Translations under genes and position numbers: made by a program
The notes under the pieces: model-generated
Told to the model about the DNA's origin: nothing
What the model saw: only the letters and a program-made list of their open reading frames with translations
The model's database searches: none
In this document: positions 51,563-62,990 of the stretch, one piece after another
Layout of the letters: the number at the start of each line of letters is the position of its first letter
Position numbering within the stretch: position 1 is the stretch's first letter
Assembly: GCF_018977255.1 (NCBI RefSeq)
Contig: NW_024704742.1
Span: 131,194,001-131,258,000, forward strand
Direction: 5' to 3'
Origin: Callorhinchus milii
Taxonomy: Eukaryota
Length of the DNA: 64,000 bases

Positions 51563-54233
51563 AAAGATGCTTCACTCATTATCATGATGGCTCAGGATTA
51601 ATCTGCACGCATTACAGAACTGTTTGAATGAAGAGGGAATTCAGTGTACTGTTTAATGTGAGCCAATAAAAAGCACATTTGCATAGTCTTCTACTAATGC
51701 ACAAGGTTGCCACTGGCTTTTTATGTCCCGTTCCCTTCCCCCTGCCATCCTCTGTGCTCTAGAACTCCAAAATTACTCGCTCGCTCCCTATTTCCTGAAA
51801 ACGACCTCCTCGACTGTGCCATATTATGGTTTATCAACCCTGAGATGTTCTGTGCTCTTGAAACATGCTCCTGCTGGTGTTGTCTGTGTATCATGTACAT
51901 GATTATTTAGCGTTTGCGTCTGCAAATAAGATAAGTTGTGCAAATTAGTCAGATCGAATCAAATGAATCAAACATGCAGTGATAACTTTCATTTTCCCAT
52001 ATGTTTGAGAGAAACAGGAAGCCTTGAATAAACTGTAAATAGCGCCTACAAATGCATTGCACTTCACAAGGGCAGCACTTTGGAGTCTTTTGTGAGGTTT
52101 TAGGCACTGTACCAAATGTAAGGATGATACTAATAATAAAACTCCTTGCATTTGATACACTGCCTTATCACGTTGTCGAGATGTCTCAAAGCGCTTTAGA
52201 AGATGTTAGTGTAGGGACTGTATATTTGTCAGCAAATACGTCAGCTAATTTGAGTTGTCCACAAACAGCCTTGCAATGATGACTCATTTTTTATTTGGGA
52301 AACTGTAGGGCCACGGTATCTATAATGTCCACCTGAATTGGCAGGTGGAATGTGGGGTAGCGTCCCAAAGTGCTCTGGGACACAACCCTGTGTGAAGGGC
52401 GCTATATAAATGCAAGTTGTTGATGTTGTTGGGACCTAGGTTTAACGTCTCATCCAAAGGACGGCACCTCTGCCAATGCAGCAAACCCCCAGCACCCTCA
52501 GCACTTATAATAATAATAATAATAATAATAATCCTTGCAATCAGTCTCACTCATAGAGATATTCTTCATATCACTTGGCTGGCTGCAATCGCTCCTCTAT
52601 TTAACACGTCCAGGATTTTTTTTTGTGAAAAATACAGCCGCATTAACATTCAGCGGATGATAATTCAGGGTCAGAACAAATTAACAGCGATTGCACACAT
52701 TAGCAGAGAAAGGCTCAATTATACTTGAAAACATGATTGAAGTTTAAAAGAGACGAAACATGTGCGTGCTGTCAGTTCTGCAAGTCTTCTCTCCCAAACT
52801 ATAATGTGAATTCCAAGGAATAAAGGCACTGCAATACGGGAATTCACAAACCACTCACGTCGTGAAGTTGAGCGACAGCGCACTGTGTCCATTAAGCCCA
52901 TTTAAAAAGGAGTTGGACGAATAACTAGCTAAGGGCAGATCTGAAGGTCACGAAGCTTAGAGTTGACATAAGGATCACTTTCTCTGTGGAACTCACTGAT
53001 CTAAGCCTCTGTTCTTCATGGACTGCATCCAGAACCGGGCCGAACAATTTAGAATATAATGTTCGATTATTCCTTTCGGGGGCCAGGGAGATAAGAGTTT
53101 GATCTCGGAATTGTGACCTGTAGTTTTTCAAACTGCTGGGTTTAAGCAAATCAAGAGTTTCTACAGTGGTGTAAATTGGACAGGGTTTGGTGGCAGGTCC
53201 ATACTTGGCCCAATGAATGCCTTTAATGTCTTATTGACCACACTATCTGTGCTCTTTACTGACTGCGGTCTTCACTGGCTGGGCTGTTCACTGTCTGCTA
53301 TCTTCAAAGTCTGTGCTCTTCACTGTCTAAGCTATTTTACTGTTAAAATTGGTCATTCACTCCATGGCTGTTTGTGGCACATCGCTGGGTGCAAATTGAC
53401 TGTCGCCTTCACCTACAAACATAGTTATTCCATTTTGCAGTGTATCCCCTAAAGTGCTTTGAGAAGCCCTCCAAATGTGAAAGGCGCTATATCAAAAATA
53501 AGGGTTATTATTGTTATTATTATAATTTTACATTAGTCTGATGTATTTTACATGTCCTGAGATATTTTTCCCCAGGCCAATGAGCCATTTACACTGTGCT
53601 TTTCCCATTGTACGTTTCCAAATCCCAACCCTGCCTGCTTCGCCATGTCACTGCTATCTACAGAATCAAGCCGAGTTCACCAGCATTAGTTAACACACCA
53701 CTGGGAACTTAAACTAAATGACGAATAAGGCAATTCCCTGAGCAGGAGAGACAGTATCCCTATCAATTAACGATTTCCAGAGATGGTTTCATTAATAAAA
53801 TTGATCAGTGGCAACCCAAAGTGAAGGACCGGTATTTTTTTTTTGGCTTGGCGCAAGTCACTATTTAAAATGAATCGTCTCTCTCGGGGCTCTCACTGGT
53901 GGATCCTGTTCCGAAAGGTTAATTAAGGTTCGAGAGCGAATGCGAAGCCGAGGCTGGATGACAGACACCCGCAGCTAGAAAGATCATTAAGTGCTAATTA
54001 GCTTTGGAACGCCGTCGAGTGCAAACCTCACCAGTGCTGCTCCAGCCCTCGATGCTTTGTGTGAAATGCCATAGACTAACTCTCCTCTCTCCTTCCCACT
54101 CCCACCTCAAACACCACCACCCCCAAATGCTCAGTCAATTCCTAAGTGGATAACCCATCTGTCACAGATTTTATACACTTAGTGTGTGCAGTGGGCAACA
54201 GAGATCGACGCATGGGGAGCGGCTAGAGTTCAG

Positions 54234-54577
54234 GTGGTATCCTATAGCTCAGTGGACAGAGCACTCGCCTTGCCAGTGAGAGGATTCTCGGGCATGGCGA
54301 AACCCTACTCCACACCCCTCGGTTTGCCTAGCACTAAGTAGCAACCCGGTTGTTAGTCGATTGGCAGATGACTAACTGGCGGTAATAATCACTCAAAAAT
54401 TATAATAGTAATAATTCCGTCACTCAATCCACGACTGTTTCTGGGACACTACTATGCATAATTGACTGCCGCGTTTTGCCCACAAAATAGACAGTCAATT
54501 CGCTTTACAGTATATTCTGTGAAAGGCTTTGAGACGTCTCAATGACATTATAAGGCGCTAAATCAAGATGCAAGGCT
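54234..54577 (+). mobile_element. SINE family A
   Basis: Head tagctcagtggacagagcactcgccttgccagtgag, body and tail; tail-to-tail with a family B copy. Confidence 0.85.
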
Positions 54578-54584
54578 ACGATTG

Positions 54585-55006
54585 TTTTGCATTTGATAAA
54601 GTACATTTCATGCCAGGAAGACGTGTCAAAGCACTGCACAGGAATTGTTGTTAAGTGTCGTGACTGTGTATTTTGTAGGCAAACACTGCAGCCTAGTTGC
54701 TCACTGTAACGTCTCACAAACAACATAAAGTGAGCAACCAATATTACTTGTTGGATTGTTGGCCAGGACATCGGAAGAAACTCCCATCTCTTTATCTCTT
54801 TTCGAATAGAGCCATGGGATCTTTAACGTCCACTTCAGCAGGCAGGCGGGACCTTGACTTAACGTCTCATCCGAAGGATAGCACCTCTGACAATGCAACA
54901 CACACCCAGCACTGTATTGAGTGTTGGCCTGGACTGTGAGTTCAAAGACCTGAGGTCCTGAGGTGGGGCTTGAATTCATAACCTGTTTCCGAGGTGAGGC
55001 TGACAC
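54585..55006 (-). mobile_element. SINE family B
   Basis: Colinear with other copies; head ends at ggctgacac. Confidence 0.8.
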
Positions 55007-55366
55007 GCAGTGGGCGGGTATATATATTGGAAGTCAGAAATCCCCATTTAAAACGCTCGAGTGACTTTGTCTCCTGTTACGGCAGTGGGTTATTTTCATT
55101 GCTGTGGTGTGTGCGCTGACAAGATGCACTCAGTCAGCTTTCAGAGGAAGGGGACCTGGAACATCTGCCAAGTCTCCAAGATTAAATCCTGTACAGTGAA
55201 GTGTGCAGTCTGCTTAAGCTGATACACTTTCATCCAGCCCTTACTCTGCCAGAAATCTAAAGCAACAGGTTCTGTTTTGCCCCAATCTCCCTACCCCATT
55301 TTCTCCTGACCAACACACCCACCCCCACCCATAACAATTACTGCCCGGTGAAAAAATATCTGCTCC

Positions 55367-55686
55367 GTGGAGTCCTGTAGCTCAGTGGTTAGAGCACTCG
55401 CCTTGCAAGCGAGCAACACCTGGTTTCAATTCCAGGCAGGGCGAAACCTTGGGCAAGTTTCCTTACTCCACACACCTAATAATAATCCCTCCAAAACAAA
55501 ACAACAATAAATTGGTAATTTTCAATCCACGACTGTTTGTGGGACACCTCTGTGAGCAATTGGCTGCTGCGTTTCGCCCACAAATATACAGTCAATTCAC
55601 TTTACAGTCTATTCTGTGAAGTGCTTTGAGATGTCGAGAAAACGTGAAAAGCACTATATAAAATGCAAGGACTATTATTATTATTA
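55367..55686 (+). mobile_element. SINE family A, internally deleted variant
   Basis: Well-preserved head gtagctcagtggttagagcactcgccttgcaagcgag (anticodon arm ctcgc-cttgcaa-gcgag, TGC = Ala); lacks the central segment. Confidence 0.9.
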
Positions 55687-56125
55687 CATTCATACAGTCC
55701 ATTTCACTTCGGGAGGATGTCTCAAAGGACTTGTTGATGGTGAGAGGATGGGAGACAAAAGAAGACTGAAAGCACTGTCAAAGAGATGCATTTTAAGACC
55801 TGCTTTGAATGAAGGGGGGAGCGAGTCTGAGGGTTGCTGGGATGGACTTTCCAGAGAGGCAGGGCAGAAAAGCTAAAAGCCTATTTAATCTATTTATCTA
55901 ACTAATTCCCTATCTATTTTATTCGCACCCTTTGTGTACTTTTCGAATACCCTGATATCTGCTTCTTTTCCTCCCATTTTGTTTTACATAACAAAATGCC
56001 AGTTCAAGTATGCCACCTTATTCTAGTGTTTGAAATACGTGCAGTGAGATATGTGAAACTACATTGGACCTGGCCTCGGCTGCTTGTTCTGAAGGAGGGG
56101 AATCTGTGAGCCTCACTTTATTGAA

Positions 56126-56473
56126 GTGGAGTCTTATATTGTTTGGTTAGAGCAATCGCCTCGCAAGCGAGAGGACCTGCGTTCGATTCGCGGGCAGGGT
56201 GAAACATTAGGCAAGTTTCCCTACTCCACAAACCTCTGTTTACCTAGCAATAAGTATGTAGTTGATTGGTAGATTGCTTTCCAGGGATAATAATCCCTTA
56301 AAAAAAATTGGTCACTCCATCCATCGCTATTTGTGGAACACTGTTTGTGGGCAATTGGCTGACATGTTTCGCCCATATACAGTCAATTCGCTTTACAGTA
56401 TATTCTGTGAAGCGCTTTGAGATGACTCGAAGACCTGATAAGGTGCTATATTAAATGCAATGATTATTATTAT
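56126..56473 (+). mobile_element. SINE family A, full length
   Basis: Head, body and tail recognisable. Confidence 0.86.
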
Positions 56474-58284
56474 ATTGTTGTACCAGAGTTACCTTCAGCA
56501 AAAACATTGCCTATTTTGGTATCTTTTCTGTGTGGGTTGCACTCAGAACCTGGTGTACTCAGCACCTCAGCACCTACGTTGTGCATAGAACCTGGTGTTG
56601 TGTCTTCCATCCCTGCAGACCTGATGTCCGCTCAGACTGCTGAGCGACGGACATCTGCCTCCTGCTTCACAGCTGATACATTTCCAGATGGTTTTCCTCA
56701 GAGAAATGGACTGTCTGGTCCCCGACCCTGGCCAGTCCCAAAACTCTCTTTTGCATGAATCGTAAAGCAGATGCCGTGACGCAATCAACTGTTAAATTCA
56801 GCCCAGCTCAGTTGATAGCACCATTTGTTGGTCCGAAAATCGTGGATTGAAGCCCTAACTCAGGAACCTGCGCTCAGAGTCCTTGCTGACAGTGCAATGC
56901 TGGATGAGCGCTGCTTTGTTTTGGAGATCTAGCGTCTCTTCCGAAGAACGGTATCTTTGATAATGCAGTGCTCCCTCAGCACTGTACTGTAACTTGCCTG
57001 ACAGGACTCGCAATGACAAACTATGTAGGATCAGTTTTTTTTTGGTCAGCCAGGTGTCTGACACATGCAGAAACCCATCACCATGCTTAAGAGTATCTAC
57101 ACGTGAAAATTCCAGAGCAAGATTGTTGGAACGTAATGTGCACTGCAGTACCCTAATGCAAACTCTGAGGTCCCCAATTCGTGGCTCTTGCCAAGCTGCA
57201 CCTAAAGCTCTCCGAAATTAGGTAAGTGGAGTGCATTCTAGACACAGGGACGTTTCTCTGCATGTGTGCCACGCTTTCAGTACTCTCTGTCTGGTTTGCA
57301 TACTCTTAAGCATGGTGATGGGTTTCCGCGGAGCTTGCCACTGATATGCGTTTGAGAAAGAAGGCTGAATATCACTGTTTTTTGTGTCGGCCAGGTGTCT
57401 GACACACGCGGAAACCCATCACCGTGCTTAAGAGTATCTAAACCAAACTGAGAATTCCATGTGTCTCACCTACACAAGGGAGTTCGCGACTATCACATCC
57501 AACCAGGGAATGACTGATCTCAGAATAACATAATTCCAAGCTTTATGCAAGTGACAGCTACAAATGTGCAGGGGGGACTGATGGGCCTTCTACTGGCTGA
57601 TCCTTAGAGACCGTGAGCAGCCAGTCCGCCTGTTTTAAGGTGACATCGCTCATTGCTTTTCCCAGGTGAGGCTGCTACTTTACAAGCATAAAGTATTATC
57701 ATTGCATTGATTTTGACCATGAATCATTTTTTTNCCTGTTCTGATTCATAAAGCGCCGACTGAATTAAACCTCAACTTTCTTTGCTCGTGCCTGAGCAGA
57801 TGACTCTGAAGTTATTACTGTAATGATGACAAATGTCAGCCCTAAAGACAAGTCATCTAGTCAAGTTCAGGAATGCATTTTTTTCTCTCTGTATCAATGA
57901 CACTGGGGGAATGTGGCTCTGCGTTATTAGCAGGTATCTCATATAGGCTGAGCCAGTGTCTGTTTTGTTCTTTCTAATCCCATCCTCACACACACTAACA
58001 CACAAACAAACATCTACACGAACCCTTTTCCAACGAACTACTTTCAGGAATCTGAGGCCAATTTCACAGGCGTAGAAAGAATCTGTGCTAATGGTCTGGT
58101 CGTGCTCAGGCTGCCCTTGCCGTAGGCCTGGGCATGAAGAGATTACTGCAGAAACACTTCAGAATCTCATTGACCTCGAAACAAGCCTTTTGCTGTCTCG
58201 TGGCCTCTTTTAAGAGCTTGGTCCAATCCCAAAGATCCCTCTTGCAGCAACACAAGAGGTGGTACCTGGTGTTAGCAGGACAAG

Positions 58285-58840
58285 CTGTGAGGAAAAGGCA
58301 AGATAGGCTAGGGTTCTTCAGCCTTCAGAAGGGAAGTATCACAGGGCATGTTTATAGAGGTATTATGGGATCCGCGAGCTAACTGAGACTATGAGTGTTC
58401 AAACAATGAGAACCACTTAATATGGGTTTGCCAAATGGCAAGTCACCAATCTCGAAAAAAAGTTGGCAAAGCCTGAAAAAAATAGCCGGCTACCAAAACA
58501 CAATTTTTCTGACATTTGCAAATACTTGCTGATAGCATCCAGTTTGGAATTATCGCAATCTAGAACTGAAAAGGGATTAAAATTCTAAGCCTATAACCAG
58601 GTCTCCACATATGGCAAGACAATGGGACGAGAGGGCCCAGGTCCAGTGTTGTGAAGGGCAAGTTTAGCCCAGATCCTAGGGAGTACATTTCTTTGCGCTG
58701 GAGCTGATCAACAGCTAGAACAAGGTTATCAGGAAGGTCAGGACTCTAGACCAGTTTAGAAAACAGCTCGATGTTGTAATGGATTGAGTATACTGGAAAG
58801 ATGAAGTCAAACGGGCTGAAGTGGACTTTCTGCATCCGAA
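58285..58840 (+). mobile_element. Old CR1 3' fragment interrupted by another element
   Basis: RQDRLGFFSLQK resembles the CR1 RLGLFSLEKRRLRGD motif; CR1-like 3' end near 58800-58840. Confidence 0.65.
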
Positions 58841-59927
58841 CCTCACTTCTGATTTTATCAGCTTGGCTCCTCACCAGCTTGTGCTGTCGAGACTTTGCTT
58901 TCAACGTGTCATGATAATAATAAAAAGAATAATCTTTGGATTTGATAAACAAGACATCAGGAGGATATTTCAAAATGCTTCATGGGATTTACTGTAAAGT
59001 GTAGTGACTGTGTACTTGTAGGCAAACATGGCAGCCACTTGGCGCACAACAATGTCCCACAAAAGACCATGAAATGAATGACCAATTTCATCTGGAGGAA
59101 TTGTTAGTCATGGGATCAACATCCAACTGAACAGGAATACAGGACTTTGGTTTAACATTTCATCTGAAGGACGACATCTCCGATAACCAACACTTTTGAA
59201 GTGACAGCCTGGACTGTGAATGACAGGGCATTGAAACATTAAAGGTGCTCCGAGAAAAGTTATTTTGCAACTCACCTGTAACAGTACTTTCCTCTCTCCC
59301 TAAATAGAAATGTGACCCTTTCAGTTATCTCTCTCTGGGACAGTTCATCAGCAAAAGTAGAGACAGATTTATGAAACTCAATAGTTTCAGAGGTTGACTG
59401 GATAGTTGAGCTTAAAATGATTGTCCTTTCACAACAAGCACATCCATTTACCTACCCTTTGCTGAAGGATCATAAAACATTGATCAGGCACTATCTTCCC
59501 ACCAAGTGAGACTTTTTGTTTGAAATCAGTGAGTCATATCTCTGGGTTTAGAACAACCTTGCAATAATAATCCTTGCATTTGATATAGCGCCTTATCACA
59601 TCTTCGAGACGACTCAAAGTGCTTCACAGAATACACTGTAAAGTGAATTGACTCCATATTTTGCGGGTGAAATATATTTGTACTGAAGATTTCTTCAAAA
59701 TCTCTTTGTTGGTCACTCGCCTCATGGCTGTTTGTGGGACATTGCTTTGCGCAAATTGGCTGCTGAGTTTGCTTACAAAATACGCAGTCACTGCACTTTG
59801 CAGTATATTCTGTGAAGCGCTTTGAGATGTCCCCCTGATCTAAAAAGCTCCGTAACAAATGGCTAATTTTTATCTGGGAGAATTGTTGGCCAGGATATTG
59901 AGTGAAACTCCGCTTCTCGTTTCAAAT

Positions 59928-60175
59928 ACAACAACAACAACAACAAGATTTCATTTATAGAGCGCCTTTCACGTCGGGAGGACGTCCCAAGGCGCTGGAC
60001 AGTTGGGTCGGGACCCGAGCAGGGGGGAAATGGTCAGGGTGAGGGAAGGGAGGGAGCGAGGAGAGGGTAGAGAGTCGAGAGGGGAGCTGAAGGCACGGTC
60101 AAAGAGAAAGGTCTTGAGACTGGCTTTGAAGGAGGAAAGGGAGGAAACAAGGCGAAGGCACTGGGGGATGGAGTT
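59928..60175 (-). mobile_element. L2 LINE 3' fragment (young subfamily) inserted in a SINE
   Basis: NSIPQCLRLVSSLSSFKASLKTFLFDRAF; (CAA)n tail on the plus strand; near-identical to 10015-10190. Confidence 0.88.
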
Positions 60176-60529
60176 CTTTAACGTCCACCTGAACAGGCGG
60201 ACAGCATCTTTACTTAATTTTTCAGCAGAAGGACAATGCCTCCAACAATGCAGTGCTCCCCGCAACACTTGATTGAAGTGTCAGCCTAGACTCAAAAGTC
60301 CCGACGTGAGCCTTGAACTCGTAACCTTCTGACTCAGAGGCGAGAGTGCTACCAACAGAGCCAGGCCGGCAAATAATAGCATCTATTTTTTTGGTGCTGT
60401 TTTCTGCTCGACATCATGACGATGTGGCGACTCTCACTGTGAGCTACACCTGGGAGCAGAGTGTAGACTGAAGGCTCCAAACCAAAATATTGTCCACACA
60501 GGAAAAGATTTTGCTCATTAAATCCTGAA

Positions 60530-60812
60530 AGAAGGGATGGAGAGGAGATAGACAGGGAGACCAGGCAGCGAGAGGCAGAGCACAGTCACAGAGATTGGAT
60601 CGGCTGGAGAACGATAGATAGGTAGACAGATAGACTGATGGAGAGCAGTGTAACCCAGAGTCGGGGATTGACTGAGATAGAGAGGGCATGACAGACAGGA
60701 ATCCAGACTGAGAAAGACACGGTCGGACAGAGATATAGGCAGATAGAGACAGCCACAGACAGGGAAAGGTAAAGACTGGCAGAGAAAGAGCAACAGGGAG
60801 GAAAAGACAGAA

Positions 60813-60849
<37 letters not shown>

Positions 60850-60935
60850 CATCCACACATAGAGATTGAGAAAGAGAAAAAGTTAGGTAGACAGAAACTG
60901 AGACTGACGCATACTGATACAGAGAGAACGAAGGA
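60530..60935. repeat. Purine-rich low-complexity tract with an (AG)n microsatellite at 60819-60845
   Basis: Visible GA/GACA-rich composition. Confidence 0.9.
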
Positions 60936-62534
60936 TTACAGATTGTGATCAACATATCTAGGCTTTGGAATCCTGTCAAATGGTAACAGAGCACTTATAC
61001 GCAATGTTCAATAGGGAGTCCAAACTCCAGAGTGAAACTAATGGGTATTGAAGCAGTGGCTAAAAAGTATTTAATGCTGCAAATTCCCTTTCCTTCATAT
61101 GTTTAAATCCTGGAAGACTGAAGATTTGGTCTGTGCATCTAAGGTTAGCTCACTTGGCCTACAAAACACACAGTCACTACACTTTGCAGTGAAGCGCTTT
61201 GAAGCGCTGTATCAAATGCAAAGGTTGTGATTATTCTCACTTGTAGCAGCAGTGTCGCAACTGAGGTTTTCGAGCTAACAAAGGTCTTAAAGGTTGATGG
61301 TACAACAGCCTCAGTAAAGAGTACCCCACCTTAATACAAACAATGCAAAGTCACATTCATACTTTTGATCACCTTGCTTTTGGTCACCTCCCTACTGCCC
61401 CATATCGCATGGGAACTTTTGATTGGAATCCACCTAGCACACAATTTGTATCGCAAACTCAACCATGCAGGGACTGGCTAGAGAAATATTCCCGCACTCA
61501 AAAAAATCTATTGCTCTCCACGTGTTATTTGAATCATTTCTGCTCTCCACTTGATTCGTTTTAAAGTGCTTTTTCCATACTCGACGAGCCTTTTGCTTCC
61601 ATTCTTGTGAATTAAAACGCTTTTTGATGCTCTTGTAATCATTGCAGTAGTTTTTAATTTTCCTTGCCACTGTTTGCCATTTTTCTTTTTAAAACTTACG
61701 TTATGACACTTTCTACATGAGAATTAGACAATGATGCAGTCCCAATATGACCAGAAATCATTATTGATTGCACTTGTGTCGGGGTTCAATGAGTTCAGTG
61801 ATATTAAATTAAATGCGACTAAAGCAATGTTCGGTGAAGGTAAAACAGGACTCATTGATGTGGCTTTCAATGCTGCTGGGATGGATGGCACCACAAGATG
61901 GTGCAATGGAGCAATGCAAAACTACTGATGAGTTTTCATTTTCAACTACAACAAACAACAAAATTACATTTGTACAGAGCCTTTCAATACTACAGTCCCA
62001 TTTGTCAGTGATTAGTATTGTGGGATCGGAGATATAATTGTAACTATGAGTGTTCGGACACCGAAAACCACTTTTAATCTGAGTTTGCCAAATGGTTAGT
62101 TGCGAATCCTGTGAAAAAGTCAGCAAAGCCTTAAAAAAATAGCCTGGCACCAAAATGCCATTGGCAAAGCTTTCATTTTTTCTGACATTTGCAACTACTT
62201 AATAATAATAATAATAATGATCCTTGCATTTGAATAGCGCCTTATCAAGTCAATAAGACCTCTCAAAGAGCTTCACAGAATATACTGTAAAGTGAATTGA
62301 CTATATGTTTTGTTAACAGAGCAACAAATCCAGTTTGGAAATATCGCAAATTAGACCCTGCAGTGTCAATCTTGTGTTTGCTCCTTCCTAACAGCCTGAT
62401 TTGGTGTTTTGGGTATGAGCAGAATTTCAGTTGGATACAACCAACAAACTGGATTCATTTAAGACGCATCTCGATGCTATAATGCAGGAAGAATATTGCA
62501 ATAGCATAGGTTTACAAGGATCATACTTGTGATG

Positions 62535-62990
62535 AGTGGGGATGGCTATCAAGAAAGATTGGATGGACAGACTGGAGCTGTTCACTCCCTGGACAAGGGA
62601 TGACTGAAAGGGGACCTGATGGAGGCGTTTAAGGTTCTGAAAGAATTTGATAAGTTAGATGTTAATAGGCTGTTTCCAGTGTTTATAAATCCAAGACGGC
62701 ATAAATATAAGATAGCCAGCAGTATAGGGTGGCCAAAAAGACTGTGGTATCAACTCTATTATCTAAAAAACCCATCATTTCTTTAAGATGTATTAGACAT
62801 TGTAATGGTATCACAATTGTTGGGTCACCCTGTAGATCCGGTAGGTAGTTGAGAATGTGGAGCTCACTGCTGGAAGCTGCGGTTGAAGCAAAAAGCAATG
62901 AAGCAAGGCCTGTTGGAGTATGAAGACTGGACGTACTGGTTGGGCCGAATGGCTTGTTCCTATACTATAATGCTCTACGTAATCATATGT
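62535..62990 (+). mobile_element. Old CR1 3' fragment
   Basis: GYQERL...LKGDLMEAFKVLKEFDKLD motif; tail ggttgggccgaatggcttgttcct. Confidence 0.75.

Noticed and set aside
55369..55442. tRNA-Ala(TGC)-like sequence (and similar heads at 43711, 45205, 36803, 51490-51562, etc.)
   Set aside because: Each runs straight into a SINE body, lacks a proper acceptor stem and terminator, and the copies are diverged; these are SINE heads, not tRNA genes.
57734..57734. Single ambiguous base n
   Set aside because: Assembly uncertainty after a T run; not biological.
60444..60994. Overlapping Ser/Leu-rich ORFs
   Set aside because: Artefact of the CT-rich strand of a low-complexity tract.
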